Positions 49,721 to 62,704 of a stretch of 64,000 nucleotides of DNA are shown piece by piece. The stretch's first letter is position 1, and each line of letters opens with the position of its first letter. The position numbers and the translations under genes are program-made. Below the pieces are notes generated by a model, which was not told the origin of the DNA, did not search any database, and worked only from the letters and a program-made list of their open reading frames with translations. The DNA comes from Lama guanicoe (lineage: Eukaryota): the NCBI GenBank assembly GCA_013239625.1, contig MU054187.1, positions 7,141,757 to 7,205,756 of the forward strand. The letters run 5' to 3'.

Positions 49721-52700
49721 GGTGGCTGCTTTTCTTGTTGTGCTTTTGTGACAATGTCCAGAAAAAGCAATTATGGTGCTCTCCAGATATGAAAAAAAGT
49801 TTCCAGCCCTTGCAACAGATTTTCTCACACATCTGCCTTACAGGAGTTGGGTATCAAGCCTTTCCCTTGAACAATTACCTGATAGGATAACAGACACCTT
49901 TGGCAACAATCAGGACTTCCCAGAGCTGAGGGTAGTCACTTTGCTGAGATCAGGACATGCGGGGATGGAGCATAAAGGAACAGATTCAGCACCCTTTCCC
50001 ATGTACTGTGAATATGATGAAAGGCTGCTGGCATTGGTGTATCCGGAGCACTTGACATAAGGCATAATAGAAGAGAGAAGGAATGAGTCAGCAGCTGTGT
50101 ATGCCTCCCTGCCCTGTAACTGCTAACTTGGTTGAAACAGTGCCTACTCACCCAAAAATCAGAACTAGGTCACCCAGGTTGTTCTGAGCGAGTATCTGCA
50201 CATCTGTGTCCCCAGTGCCTCCCTCCAGAAGCCACACAGCCAGCCAGTAACCTTCCCAGTAAAAAGAGACCCCATCCCACAAGGATGTTGCGCTTCCCTG
50301 CCAGGCGCTCCCAACAAACAGTAACACACAGCCTCCTGAGTTTAGAGAATGGGTTTTAGAATCAAATATGATAGCTTGTGCAAATGCTCTGCGCACCTGT
50401 AAGACGCAGCAATAAAGGGTGGGGTTCGTTTCCCCCTACAGGACTTCTGATCCATCTGCTAGGGTGATAGATCAGTCCTTCCCTGATAATGGATTAACAG
50501 CCGATGTACAACATTAGGCACCGTGTGGCTCATTAACCCATGACACCAGAGTCTAAGTCACAGAAGTGAGCAACTTTATAGAACACGTATTAGCGCGAAC
50601 ATTAACGGAATGATCGGGATTTAATGTTTCCTAATGGGCCATTATGTCCTTTTTGTTCTTGAAGTAGATTAAAAAATACATGAATCCGTGGCATCGAGAT
50701 TAATATCGTTCTAAAGAGCTAGCATCAGAACGCTGCAGACACGTGGGGAGTTGCTCCCTTTGTCCTGGAAGCTGGGATTCTCAGAAACCTAGAGAACAGC
50801 AGCTGGTAGGAATTATCTTTCAAGAAGACCAGCCCGAATTTACCTAGAAATTAACACCTGCTACTGAAGTCATGTATTAGATGCAAAATTAGCAAGGAGG
50901 CTATATCCACAGTCACTTTCGTATAGTTTCAGTTCTCCTTTAAAATTGCTGCAGCAAAGTAACAGTCAATCAGGAGACAGCACTGAGTTCTCCTGCAAAT
51001 GAGGGTTTGACGGCAGTAGTCAAAATAGTGTCACACCCAGACTGTGAAATGGGGGGCGGGCGCAACTCAGCCTCTGTGGCTTGAATTGTTAAATGCTCAC
51101 ACTTAATCTAGAGAAAGAATATTTGTTTTCCAGCTAAAGTATTTTATGATATTTTGGAAAGTCTTCACTGAGTCATTTCCCTAGAAATAGTGTATTTTCT
51201 ATAACACATTATGCTTCTCAAGTTTGGAAGGTGATTTTTAGGTCCTGCCTGCCCTTTATTCTTGGCTTCATCGGTTTAGTGATTTCTGCCTAATGAGACT
51301 GACATTTTGATACAAGAGTCTTTTAAGAAAAACTAAAGCTGTATGTTTTGCTGTGTGTTCCATAATTTATTGTAGTTAAAGTTGTGTTTTTTCAGTACCA
51401 AATAATGAATAACCATTATCCAGCTAATTTGATCAAGCGCTAATTTTGGATTCTACAGTGATTAAGTTAATTTTGGAAGTGTCATTATTTATGTACACAG
51501 ATTAAGATTCTTATTAAAGCAATATTTAGTTTTGGTTCTTCCTTATAAATATATGTTTCTGCGTGAGTATAGAAAATAGGATTTGTAAACAGAACTTCAA
51601 ACCTTTTAAATTTACTAGACAAACAATAATTTACTCTCCAAAATCTTTGTGATAATGAATCAGATGGCAAAAATTACTGGTATAAGAATCAAATTTATGA
51701 ATCTTCCAAAACATGATTTTTTCTTGATTATCTCTTAGGCTCCTTAACCTGCGATGGTGGGGTTTTTGGCTTAGTGTGGCATACGACTCGTAAAACAAGT
51801 CCAGCAAAAAAAAAAAAAAGGTTGTGATAGATAGAAGGACTTCTTCTTGTTACAACCTTGAGGATTTGTCAAACTGTACATATTTTACAAATAAGTAATT
51901 CCTTAGTACTTTAATTCTGAGATCACACCAAAGGGATATCAGGATAGTTGACTCAATTCTGAAAAATATAGTCAAACTGATTATTCGTTAAGTTTTTAAA
52001 AGACATTTTAATGCATCTTGTTTAACTCACGTAGCATTTTCCCCTAAAGTATTAAACCAATTTATCTATGTAAACACAGTGTTATTTATATGAATATTGT
52101 TCCTTTCAACATGTAGTTGAAAATACTCAGTTATGGTGAAACCATTTCTAAAAGCAGCCAAGTGTAACACAGGCACCAGGCAGTCAGTTCTTGATTCCAG
52201 CCACTTCTCCTTCTCATTAGCCACTTTTTAAAGCAAACTTACCCTGTCTGTTTTCTGTCATGTTCTCGTTTTCTTCCTTCGCTCTTTGTGTTTATGTAGT
52301 ACTTCCTCACCCTAAGATAAATATTCATGCTTTTCTTCTAATTCTTTTACAGCTTACATTTTATGTTTAACTCTACAATACATTTGGAATTGACCTTTTG
52401 ATTTTACAGTGCGTATATGGTTTATTTTATTTGAGAATCACTAATTCCTTTAATAAGCATTTATTACACACCCACTCTATATTTGGCACTAGTGACACAA
52501 AAATGAATCCATGCCAACTCCTGAGGAACATAAAATCAGAGAGTAAGACAAGCCATAAAAAGATTAATTACACTAACGTGTAAAGGGTCAAAGAGCAGGA
52601 AGACACGTAGACTTGCCAATAGTGGTAGTTTCTCAGTTGACTGGGATTTGCTTCTTGTTGCCGGTAGAATGCTGAGTTCACGGGGTGCTTTCGTTACAAA

Positions 52701-55700
52701 GCTGGACTCCCAGTAGGAAAAAAAATAGGTGTCCTTTTGGATATGAACTGGCTGTGTCCAAGTCTGGACAAAGACAGTAGACAAATGTCACTGGGGAGGC
52801 ACTGCTGCTGCTGCTCCCACCTCATGAGTCCAGAAAGATCAGAACGTTGATTGCCTTCCATTAAGTATTAGGCACAGGGTGGTCCTCAGAATTCTTCCAA
52901 TGTGATGTTTAACCTGTGTGTGATGTGGAAACTTAGATCGGAGAAGGCTAGTTTGGAATCTGCCGTTCCCTCTTCTTTCCTATGCAAGTTGAGCTCCTTG
53001 GAGTCTTCTCCACATTATTCTGCTTTTCCCAGCTGTGGGACAAGAGGCACGTGTGGCAGTGGGTGCAGGGGTGAGGCAGAAAGGTGGGGAAGACCTGCCA
53101 TCACTCCATGAAAAATCTAAGAGCCGTCAGAAGTAACTAGCCTTCTGAAAATGGACCATATTCTTGTTACTGAAGTTCTTTCTTCTATTCACTGGCAACT
53201 CTGCATTGACTGGGAACCTGGTTACATTCTCTTGGGAACTAGCCTTTGGCATTTTAGGTCACAATGAGAAGTTCAGGGATGGGCTGGTCCTGTGAATCAC
53301 TGTCCAACAATCAGCTGAGATCTTGTCTGTTCTTTTTACTCTGAGCATCTGGCTTTGTTTTCAATTGAGTCTCAGCAAAATGTCCACAGATAATCCATTT
53401 GTCTTATGCTTTGCCTGACAGGTAAGTTTCAACCATTACCAACACTGATGCCATGGGCTGATTGACACACTTTCAAATCTTCTGAATACATTTCTATCAG
53501 ATGTAGGAATTGACCTAGCAAAAAGTTGCCACAATTCACACACAAACATAACCCAAAGCCCTCATTTTATGTGTAATTGTGGCCAAATTGGATATTTATA
53601 GAACTAAGAAGCTGTAATTTATACATCCCCAAAATGGGGTTTATTTTTCAATACTGAGAATAATTATGTAGATGGTCCCCAAATGTTTTCAATAACAATT
53701 CTTGGTATTTTATGATGAGATGATGGCCCTGACATGTTTAAACATTCACAGTAAATTATAGGAACATCTTTATTTCTAAATGTTAATAAATAAATATGCA
53801 TCGTGTAGTGCATTGTATTACAAGCTATCTGAATTTGAGAGCAGGATTCATGGTCATGAGTTAGTATAAATGACCAAAGTATACTATGAATCATTAAATA
53901 GCTACAGAAATTCTCAATGGAATTATTATATTGTAATTCAAATTCTGTCTTTCATTAATTGTATGTAGTGCGTGGCTCTGACCCATGGATTCCAAGTTCA
54001 CTGCCCCCATAAAATTCCCTTTGCTCCTGGGCCCAGACAATTGCTCTTTCTTTGACAATGGCAGCATTTATTTCCTCTCCTTTATTTCCTTCTAGCTCTC
54101 TTTTCCACGCACTATTTCCCAAAGCCAATGATGGCCCAAGCCGTCAAGTTACCTGGCTTTCTACTGCAAAATTCTCCCATTTGTTGGATGACTCAGAGAG
54201 AATCTACTGTTAAGATTCTGGACAAGGGGAAGGGGGTGAGAAGAGGAGGGAAGTTGTTCTTCCCTATGCTAGCCTGCCCACTAGAAAAGGCAGCTGCTGG
54301 TCTTGTTAGCAAGCTGTAACTCTGAGACATGTGATGGCAGTCCATCCTTACCCAGAATGCATCGGTACGTAGTACGCATGTACCCCTGTCCTTCCTTCCT
54401 CACCAGTCTCTACTGAGGACCATGTAACAGGGAACATGCTGGTTTCTGATAAAGGGTGAGATCGTGGGGAGGGGATAATTGGGAAATTTCTGCCCTTACA
54501 GAATTTATGTCACACATGTTCGCCAATTCCAGTGCCTTTCTCATGACCTAGTCTGCCTTGGGGTCCTATAGCCCTCACCAGACTCACATCTAGAAGCTGA
54601 ATTTTAAATACATAACTTTCCCCAAATAGAGGCAGATGTGCCAAATAGCATAATCATCTGCTGAAGACCACCTCAATTTTAAAATGTAAGGGAGCTACCT
54701 GGACTTTTAAATTGCAATTTTATGGAACTTGCCTGGAGTATTACAGTACTGCTCCTTGGTGCGTGGCCTGGAAGGACAGAATGTTAGCAGTGAAGGAAAA
54801 TGGCACGACTTAAGGCTGGAGAGCGAGTGCAAGTGCCTGTCCTTCTATTTTAATTCTCCTTTGATTAAAAGTTTAAAAAAAAAATTTTAAGTCAGCCAAT
54901 AGCCTGCAACCCAAACTGAGATTTTTTATTTTTGACAGTGAGGCTACGATGAGGAGGCAGGCAAAGTGCCTTTTCAGTCTCACTTGCCACGTCTGGGGGC
55001 CAGCTGCTGCCTCTGAGGGCTACGGGGCCTTCTTCCCCAGCCAAACGGGGCCCTTAGAAGCACTGCCCTTCACCGAGGAAACAGACCTTTAAAGAAAGAA
55101 CAGTTCTGACAGTAAAAAGAAAAAAAATCTTCTTCTGTTTGATCTATTTCTGGAAAGTCTTGAAACTAGCTTTGGAAATGCTAGACTTCTTCAAAACCTG
55201 TGTATCTCACTCCCAGACTCAGAGACAGAAGAGCTGGACCCTTGGTTGATCAGATCTTCCAGCCGCAGGGGCCATGTGGGAATCTTCTGATTACTGATTG
55301 GACCACCCTCCACATCCCCAAACTACGGCCCCCACACCGTCTGCACAGAGCTCCTGATGTGCAATATTTATCCTCAGATAACGAATAAGAAGCCACCATG
55401 CCTTGTCACTGATGGACAAAATGCTTGAAGCATCGTTCTTAAAGATAAACTCTATCAGACTGCGTGAGTCACTTCCTACAGAAATGGCTCTGAATTAAAG
55501 TCGTTCTAAATACCTCTGTTCTGCATTCACCAATATATAATTAATATCGGTTATGTATCTTTGGATTATAAAGTGCTCATGAAGAAAATACGAAAATATT
55601 TCTTGGTATAATGATGAATAGAGAACAAAGACTATACAGATAGCATTTCTGTTAAAGAGATGAGCAAGGAAAAAAATGTGTGCATTCACTCTCAGAGAAG

Positions 55701-57209
55701 ATCTTGTGACCTAATGAGATTTTTAAGTATATAATGACCTAGATGTATATATTTACAAGGAGGAAACCTATACTGTTTGAAGTCTCCTTGTGTTCAGACA
55801 AAGGGGAAATAGGGCAGAGCATAGCCAGGCACCACTGCCACTCCAGACACTGCAGAAAATGTAGCCACTATAACCACCCACATCTCTTGAAGATTCCACC
55901 TGGCAAGATTCCCCCTGGAAATAACCCCAGCTCGTGGCGAGAGGGCTGTTTGGCGGCTAGCAGCAGAGCCGTCACAGGGGAGAGGCTTTCTCAGCTGTGT
56001 GTGTGCTCGTTCAGGTACTTACGGAAAGTGTAGCTAAGCATGCTTTTGGACGGGTTTGGATGTTTTAAAAGTAGCTGCTCTCTGTAAGGCCAGTCAGACA
56101 TTGATATGTCTCCCCATGGTGTGCAAATTGAAAAAGATTCAAATATTCTTTGGAAAACTTCAGATTCAGCTTTAATTCAGGAAGAGCTAAATGTGGTCTT
56201 TACTTCATTTGGGGGAATTACAATTATTGGGATTAATCATTACTAGTAAGAATTCACTTTCTAATATGATTTTATTAGTAGTTTGGACGCACCCTGAGCT
56301 CCTCAGGACACTAGGAAAGATACTTCCATGACTCAGCTTGGGGTTAAACTATCGCCTTAAATAGCATCCCCCGCCCCATTCAAAGAATTAAACAGTGATA
56401 AAATAAGCAGTGTTCACTATTTAGGTAGCTCATTTGTAGGCCCTGGGCCTTAAATATTTGTGGACTATCTGGCTAGTGACACCTAATCTTGTTTAGATAG
56501 AGGACAGAGAGCTAATGTTGGCATGAAGCATTGTCAGACATGGTGTGATTACTCACAGTCATAGCAAGAGCTCTATGAAGACATGAAAGGAGACAAGATT
56601 CTCAAAATGAGTACTGTGGGTAGATGTAAGCTTTTATTCTCAGTTTAGCCCCTTCCCCCTGAACATATGGACACATACCAAGACTTGCATGGAACACGAG
56701 AAACCCCAATGCGGCAAGAACAGGCTGACACCCATCCCACTGCCACAGTGGAACTCCAGCCAGAGCTGTATTTGAGTCATTGTCTCTGAGACTTCCGGAT
56801 CCCAAGAGGCTGTCGTCCAAGGTGGTTACTCTGCAACTTGAGATGGATGGTGATAGATGCGAACCTTCCAGAGAGGTTTTACCACATCCAGGTTGGCAAT
56901 TCATCAGACTCTTTCCAGGCTTCACAATTATTTTAGCAAAGGAAGCAATTAAGAAAAGCAATCTTCCTTTGCAAAGGGTTTTAAACCACAGCAGGAGCCA
57001 CATCCCTGGGTCAAAATACCAGTTTTGCCCTCTTTATCAGCTTCCTTTCAACAAGGGAGCAACTAAAAGGACCATATGACTTTTCCTCTTTATTTTTTTA
57101 AAAGGATTCTATCCTGTTAAAACAAATATCTATTTTTTTCTCTCAAACAAGGAATTTTCCTCCCAAAATTGAAAAATGAGTAAGGGTATTCTTTTCAGAT
57201 GGTAAACTT

Positions 57210-57212
<3 letters not shown>

Positions 57213-57249
<37 letters not shown>
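57213..57249. repeat. Pure poly(A) tract, 37 nt
   Basis: Uninterrupted A run read directly. Confidence 0.95.
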
Positions 57250-57250
<1 letters not shown>

Positions 57251-58095
57251 AGACTGAATAGAAAAATTTCTGTTGTGCAAATGAAAATGTGAGCATACAT
57301 GCATATGCATGCATGAATTATGAATACAGCAAACTATAAATACAACACATTAGTACCAGCATGAAGCACAAAGGTAGCACAATTTTATGGTCTCAAAATC
57401 CTAATTAGCATAAATGGCATAACACTGTAATCAAATAATTGTTGATTAATACAAAGACAGAGAAGCCAGATGTCTTGAATGGGCTTGGCAATTAACTAAG
57501 TAAACTACAGGTGTTTAAAATTCATAGATTGCAAACGAAATGTGTACTTATTGTGAAAAAATCATCTGTAGGCAAATCTTAGTGTCATCAGGCACAGCAA
57601 TTACATACCATGAATGTCAATATCTGTGAATGTACATTATACTTTTACAAATAATGTTTGAGGCATCATTGGTAAGAAATGTTTTTTCCATTGCATTGAA
57701 AAATGTTGTATTATTCCATGCACAAATGCTCAGCTTTTGGAAGGCTGTTTCTGCAGGGACATCCCTGGTTCTTCCCTATGAACCCGACGCACCTCAGTAG
57801 ACAAACCAACGTAAGACACGACAGGCATGTTCGTGAGCTCGGTAAATTCAGAAGGGTAAAACTGCAGAGTCATATGGCATACCCATTTTAAACTTCTGGA
57901 TGTTACCACTTTATTCTGTTTAAGGCTGATCATTGTCCTGTGGATGAGGGGCCACCACGCCACCTGGACAGTGACAAGTGTAGCAACTTTGATCACTGGT
58001 ACCAGGATGCTGTCAGTTCTATTAGCATTTAAAAGACACAAATTTGTGCTTTGTTGATCCTTTCTACTGTATCTTTAATTCATTTCTGCTTTTAT

Positions 58096-58248
58096 ATGGT
58101 TCTTTGTCTTTCGAAGAGGGCGATGTTCTGTCGGAGTTTGGCAGGTGCTCTGGTTGGCTGAGTGGGTCCGTAGATGTGAGTCTTGGTGTACTTGTGGGAG
58201 AGGGTGAGCCACGAGCATCCTTCTACTCCACCATCTTGCTTCTCCCTC
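58096..58248 (-). mobile_element. L1 extreme 5' end (promoter segment) inserted without poly(A) tail
   Basis: The minus strand begins GAGGGAGAAGCAAGATGGTGGAGTAGAAGGATGCTCGTGGCTCACCCTCTCCCACAA, an L1 5'-UTR-like start with YY1 motif CAAGATGG. Flanked by a perfect 15-bp TSD CATTTCTGCTTTTAT (58081-58095, 58249-58263). Confidence 0.85.
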
Positions 58249-58638
58249 CATTTCTGCTTTTATGTATTTCTGATGTCCTTACTTTACATTCTTTGAAATA
58301 ATACTCATCTTCTAACACAAAAGAGACTACACTTTTTCTTCTATTTGTTGTCTATCTTCTCATACTAGAATGTTAGCTTCACTAAAGCAGGGATTTTGTC
58401 TCATTTGTTCATGGATTAATCCCAGATCCCAGCACAGGGTAGGCACATAATATACATTTGTTAATCAAATCTGTATCTACATCTTTTCTCCTCATATAGT
58501 CTTAACTTGTTATTCTTAAATCTTTGAACTACCTGCTTAGCTCATTAATTCTCAGCCTTTATTCTTTTCTACTATTAATATTTAATGCCATAAATTTTTC
58601 CCTGAATATCATTTTATGTATATTTCACAAGTCCTGAA

Positions 58639-58640
<2 letters not shown>

Positions 58641-58681
<41 letters not shown>
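58641..58681. repeat. (TTA)13 trinucleotide microsatellite
   Basis: Perfect TTA run read directly. Confidence 0.95.
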
Positions 58682-58682
<1 letters not shown>

Positions 58683-59439
58683 TGTAAGTGCTGTTTGACA
58701 CTAAAAAAAAAATCTGTATTATGTACTTTGATACTACCTGAATTAACTATTATTTTTTAATAACCAATTGCTAATCCTTATAAGAATCAAATAATTTCAT
58801 TATAATTTGTAATTAAAAAAAATCCTTTCATTCCTTCTACATTTATCGCCTGGCGTTCACCAGTTAGGTAGACTTTACCTCATCAATTGGGTTATCTTGA
58901 TACATAATTCCTGCTGGAAAGGCACAATAAATGCCTAATGCCTTTCCTTTTATCACTCATTTTTCAAGTAAAGTTGATTTTTATAATTAATAAACTTCCT
59001 TTTTTAGAGCAGTTCATAGCAAAACTGAGTGAAAAGCACAGAGATGGTATTGTTTAAAAAACTCCTTTAAATGTTAATATCTGCCTTTCTTTTCTGAGCA
59101 TAATGGAGTCACAGATCTTCACTGATTCAATGCATTTGGTCTGCCTCAGACATTCTTTAATGCTCAGATGATCATAACATTAACCAGTGGGAGACCCTTC
59201 ACACTGGCCCCAGGTCCTTTTAACATGACTTATCAGTTTGTGAAAGTTTTCTTAATTTCTAGCACAAAGATATATTGCACACTTTCCTTGTTGCTTCCTT
59301 CACCACACCTGGATCTGGCATTTCTCCAGGGAATACCCTTGGTTCTTCTTAGTGAGGGAGCATTTCAGAGAGCACGAACCGGAGACACTCACTGCTGCTG
59401 GGATGACGTTGTTTCCAAGACATTTCGGTGGACAGAGAT

Positions 59440-59493
59440 CACACACACACACACACTCACACGCACACACACACACTCACACACACTCACACA
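59440..59493. repeat. Imperfect (CA)n microsatellite within an old L1 remnant
   Basis: cacacacacacacacactcacacgcacacacacacactcacacacactcacaca. Confidence 0.9.
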
Positions 59494-60379
59494 TGTTTTA
59501 TATAATAATTTTAAACCATGAGTGCATTTTGATATTTTCCATTCAGTGTTAGCATCACATACATTTTTCCCCAGCAGTACTTACATGTGTAAAGTGCCCA
59601 CAGTACCAAACCTTCAAAGACTGACATGCCAGAGCGTATACTAATCCTTTAAATGAAACAATGAATATGTACACTTCCAGACTAAAACTGTACTAATCCC
59701 AAAATTCAGCTAATCCAGATATGAATACAAATAAAAGACTAAGCAATAGTTACTTTTTCAAATGCTTTTTACTGTGGGACTAAGTTATTCGACTGATTGG
59801 ATTAAAAAATTAGAACAAAATAAATGAACACAAACATGATACATTTTAATAAAAATTGTATAATTAACAGTGTGACTGAATGCACTAGAGCCACAACTCA
59901 GGGCATGATGTTAAAAGTTGTTTAGATAACATCCGGAGAAAGTTTAAATGAACTGATGTCATCATTCTGAGGATTAATTGATAACAGGCAATGTTTTCGT
60001 TCTCATTTCTAAAGTAAAAAAACAGATTAAAATATATTACTAAAATTTCTATTACCAACAAGAACAGTTGACTCTTTGTTTTGCAGGTCACAGTATTTAC
60101 ACTTATTTTCTTTGATCTCATAACTCTTCCACTGAAAATCCTCTTTTCTAACACTATTTAGCATGATGCCTTGTTTTAACCCATATATAAGGAAAGTGAT
60201 TTTAAAATGGTAAATTCATATAAGTACACAGATAAATACTGTTTCCGTGCCCCATCTATCCCCCCTTTACGGGGCTGGTGTGCACACCCCCCAGCAGTTG
60301 ACTTATTGGCTGTTGAGTAACTGGCTGGCTCTGCCCCCTCCGTCAGAGAACTGCCTTCAACAGATGGGCGCCCTCCTGC

Positions 60380-61010
60380 TCAATCAGACGCTGGAGTCTC
60401 CTTCATTTATCTCCTCTCATCTCCACGTGCTATTCTGCCTCCAAAACACGTCGCACCCCTGTCCTGCCCCTTCCACTGCTGCCCCTTTCCCCGAGTCACC
60501 TTACCTGCTACAATATCCCCCCAACTGGCTTCCACCTCTGCCCCAGTCAAATCCATTTTCTACACAGTTCTTAGAATGGTCTTTTTAAAAATGCAGAGCA
60601 GGTGAGACGAGGATTTGACTTCCCAGCTGGACTTTGTATAAAATCCCGACTCCTCATCAGGGCTTGCTTCCTACGTCTACTGTTAGTTCTGTTTGCACAC
60701 GACACTTTCCCCACATCTTCACGTGTCTGGTTCCTTCTCATCCAACAGGTCTTGGCCCAAATACCCACCATGAGAGACGCCTTCTCTGACCATCTCTTGT
60801 AAAATAACTCCACTTCTCATCCCAGTCACTCTCCATCACGTTATTCCCTTTATGTTATTTTTTACGACATATAAGTATTTCTGTCTATTTTATTGCCTGT
60901 GTTCTCCACTAGAATATACGTTCCGTGAGGGCAAGAATAAGATCTTACATTCACTCTTAAATCCCAGTGCATAGCTCGTTTTAGAAACTCTGTAACTCCC
61001 TGCTGAATAG
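60380..61010 (+). mobile_element. L2 LINE 3' region
   Basis: ttctgcctccaaaac...ccattttctacacag...tctttttaaaaatgca...ttctccactagaatatacgttccgtgagggcaaga...atcccagtgc. Confidence 0.7.
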
Positions 61011-62704
61011 GTGGATGAGACTTCAGGGCTTCCCAAAACGGCTCAGTCTAAGGAATTAAAGCCGAGGAATGAAGACAGAAGGCTTGATTACTTTTAGCCC
61101 TGCCTCTGGCCTCTAATCAATAGTAGACAATTGAAAAGCCCCAGCGATGCCTAGTTGTGAGGGTAAGAAATAGAAAGTCAAAATCAATGGCCACTGCCCG
61201 CTCTGCAAACCTTCCTCAGATTCGGCACCAGCGGCACAGGCCGACACCGTCATGATGTGCGGGTGGCTTGCAGGAAGGATTCTGTAAGAGAGCAACGGCA
61301 GATGGCAATCACTTTCCAGTGGAAGCTTGGATGCCTTTTAAGCCTGTCTCTAAGAGCTGCTTCTGATGTAGGAAAATAATATACACTGGTTGAGATATTT
61401 GAACTGACGCTAAGTCTTTGTATTATGGGCTCCAAACACTTAAACCTCACTAGCAAGCACTGTGTTTGTCCCTTGTTACATGGATCTACAGTACGCTCTG
61501 AAATGTTTGATGCTTCGGTGAAAAGAAAATAATTGGAAATGTAAGAAAGTTGTTTTAACTTTCCCAGTTCCTATTCTGAGATGAACAGTCCTTCAGAAGA
61601 AGTTTCAATTGACATGAATTCTATTATATAAATGTAAACTCAAAGCCGACTCTAAAATTGAAATCTATTTTCTTAAATACATGTGGACTTCTCCCCAAGG
61701 TCACATTTTCACTTCCAGATGGGCTGGCTTATGATCAAAGAAAGTGAAAAGACAAAAGAGCAGATCGCCATGTAAGATTGGATTCAGTGACCCTTTGAGC
61801 CACAACTAAAGAGAAAGGGGAGAAAAATGAATATTATCAGAGGTTGGGAGTCCATTTCTAGCAATAGAGAGGATTAGCTAAAGTTAAATTAGACACATAC
61901 AAAAAAGCAGACGATTAAAAGAACAAAGAAGAATAAGAATGAGTAACTCCTTGATTAATGAAAATTTATAGAGTGGTCTACTATAATAGAAAGTGAACAC
62001 TGAATTCTTCAGGACGTGAGCTAATTCCAATACGGTGGCTACACTTACTGCAAATAATGTGGGCAGGCATGTCCGCATACCCAAGTTAATGAACATTTCA
62101 AATCATTCTGGAAATGTCTCTTTTTTAAAAAATTCAAGTATTCGAAGAAAATGGGATTCACACTAATGAGACGAAGGGGCTTGTAAACATTTAACATTTA
62201 CCTGAGTAGATTATTTAGAGAAGAGCAGATATTCTGGAGTAATTTTAAGTCATAAGGTTGGGAGTGTGAGGAGATACAGCCAGTATCTTATTCTCCACAT
62301 GTTCACTCATGTTCTCCTGTGCACCCTTGAAGCCATCATCCCATGTTCTTACCACCTTGACTTCCACACTTCGTGAAAAAACATCAAATCATCTATCTCA
62401 ATCCCCTCAATTCCTTGAAATCTGTTTTTTTCACTCCCAGCACTCTCCTGGTATTGCCCCACCGATCAGCAAATTCACTGTTGTTGGTTTGCATGTTTGT
62501 TTTGTTTTAGGAGGTTTTTTGACTGTGGTGTGACCAACTGCCCTGAGATTCTTCCTCCTGTTGGCCTTGACACTGTCTCTTCCCAGGCTGTCCCCACACC
62601 TCCCATGTTTCTCCTCTCTCTCCTTGCTTTCTTTGTTTTACCAACTGTCCCTTGGTAATCACACACACTTGCCTAAATACAAACACCATTATTTACATCT
62701 TTTA

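Noticed and set aside
50448..50476. Small hairpin ctgatc...gatcag
   Set aside because: The stem is too short and mismatched for a pre-miRNA or other structured RNA call.
56602..57079. Overlapping 133-aa (-) and 99-aa (+) ORFs
   Set aside because: No recognisable homology or convincing splice signals.
62202..62672. Apparent ~470-nt minus-strand exon bounded by AG and GT
   Set aside because: All three frames contain stops, and part of the interval resembles a degraded L2. Not supportable as coding.
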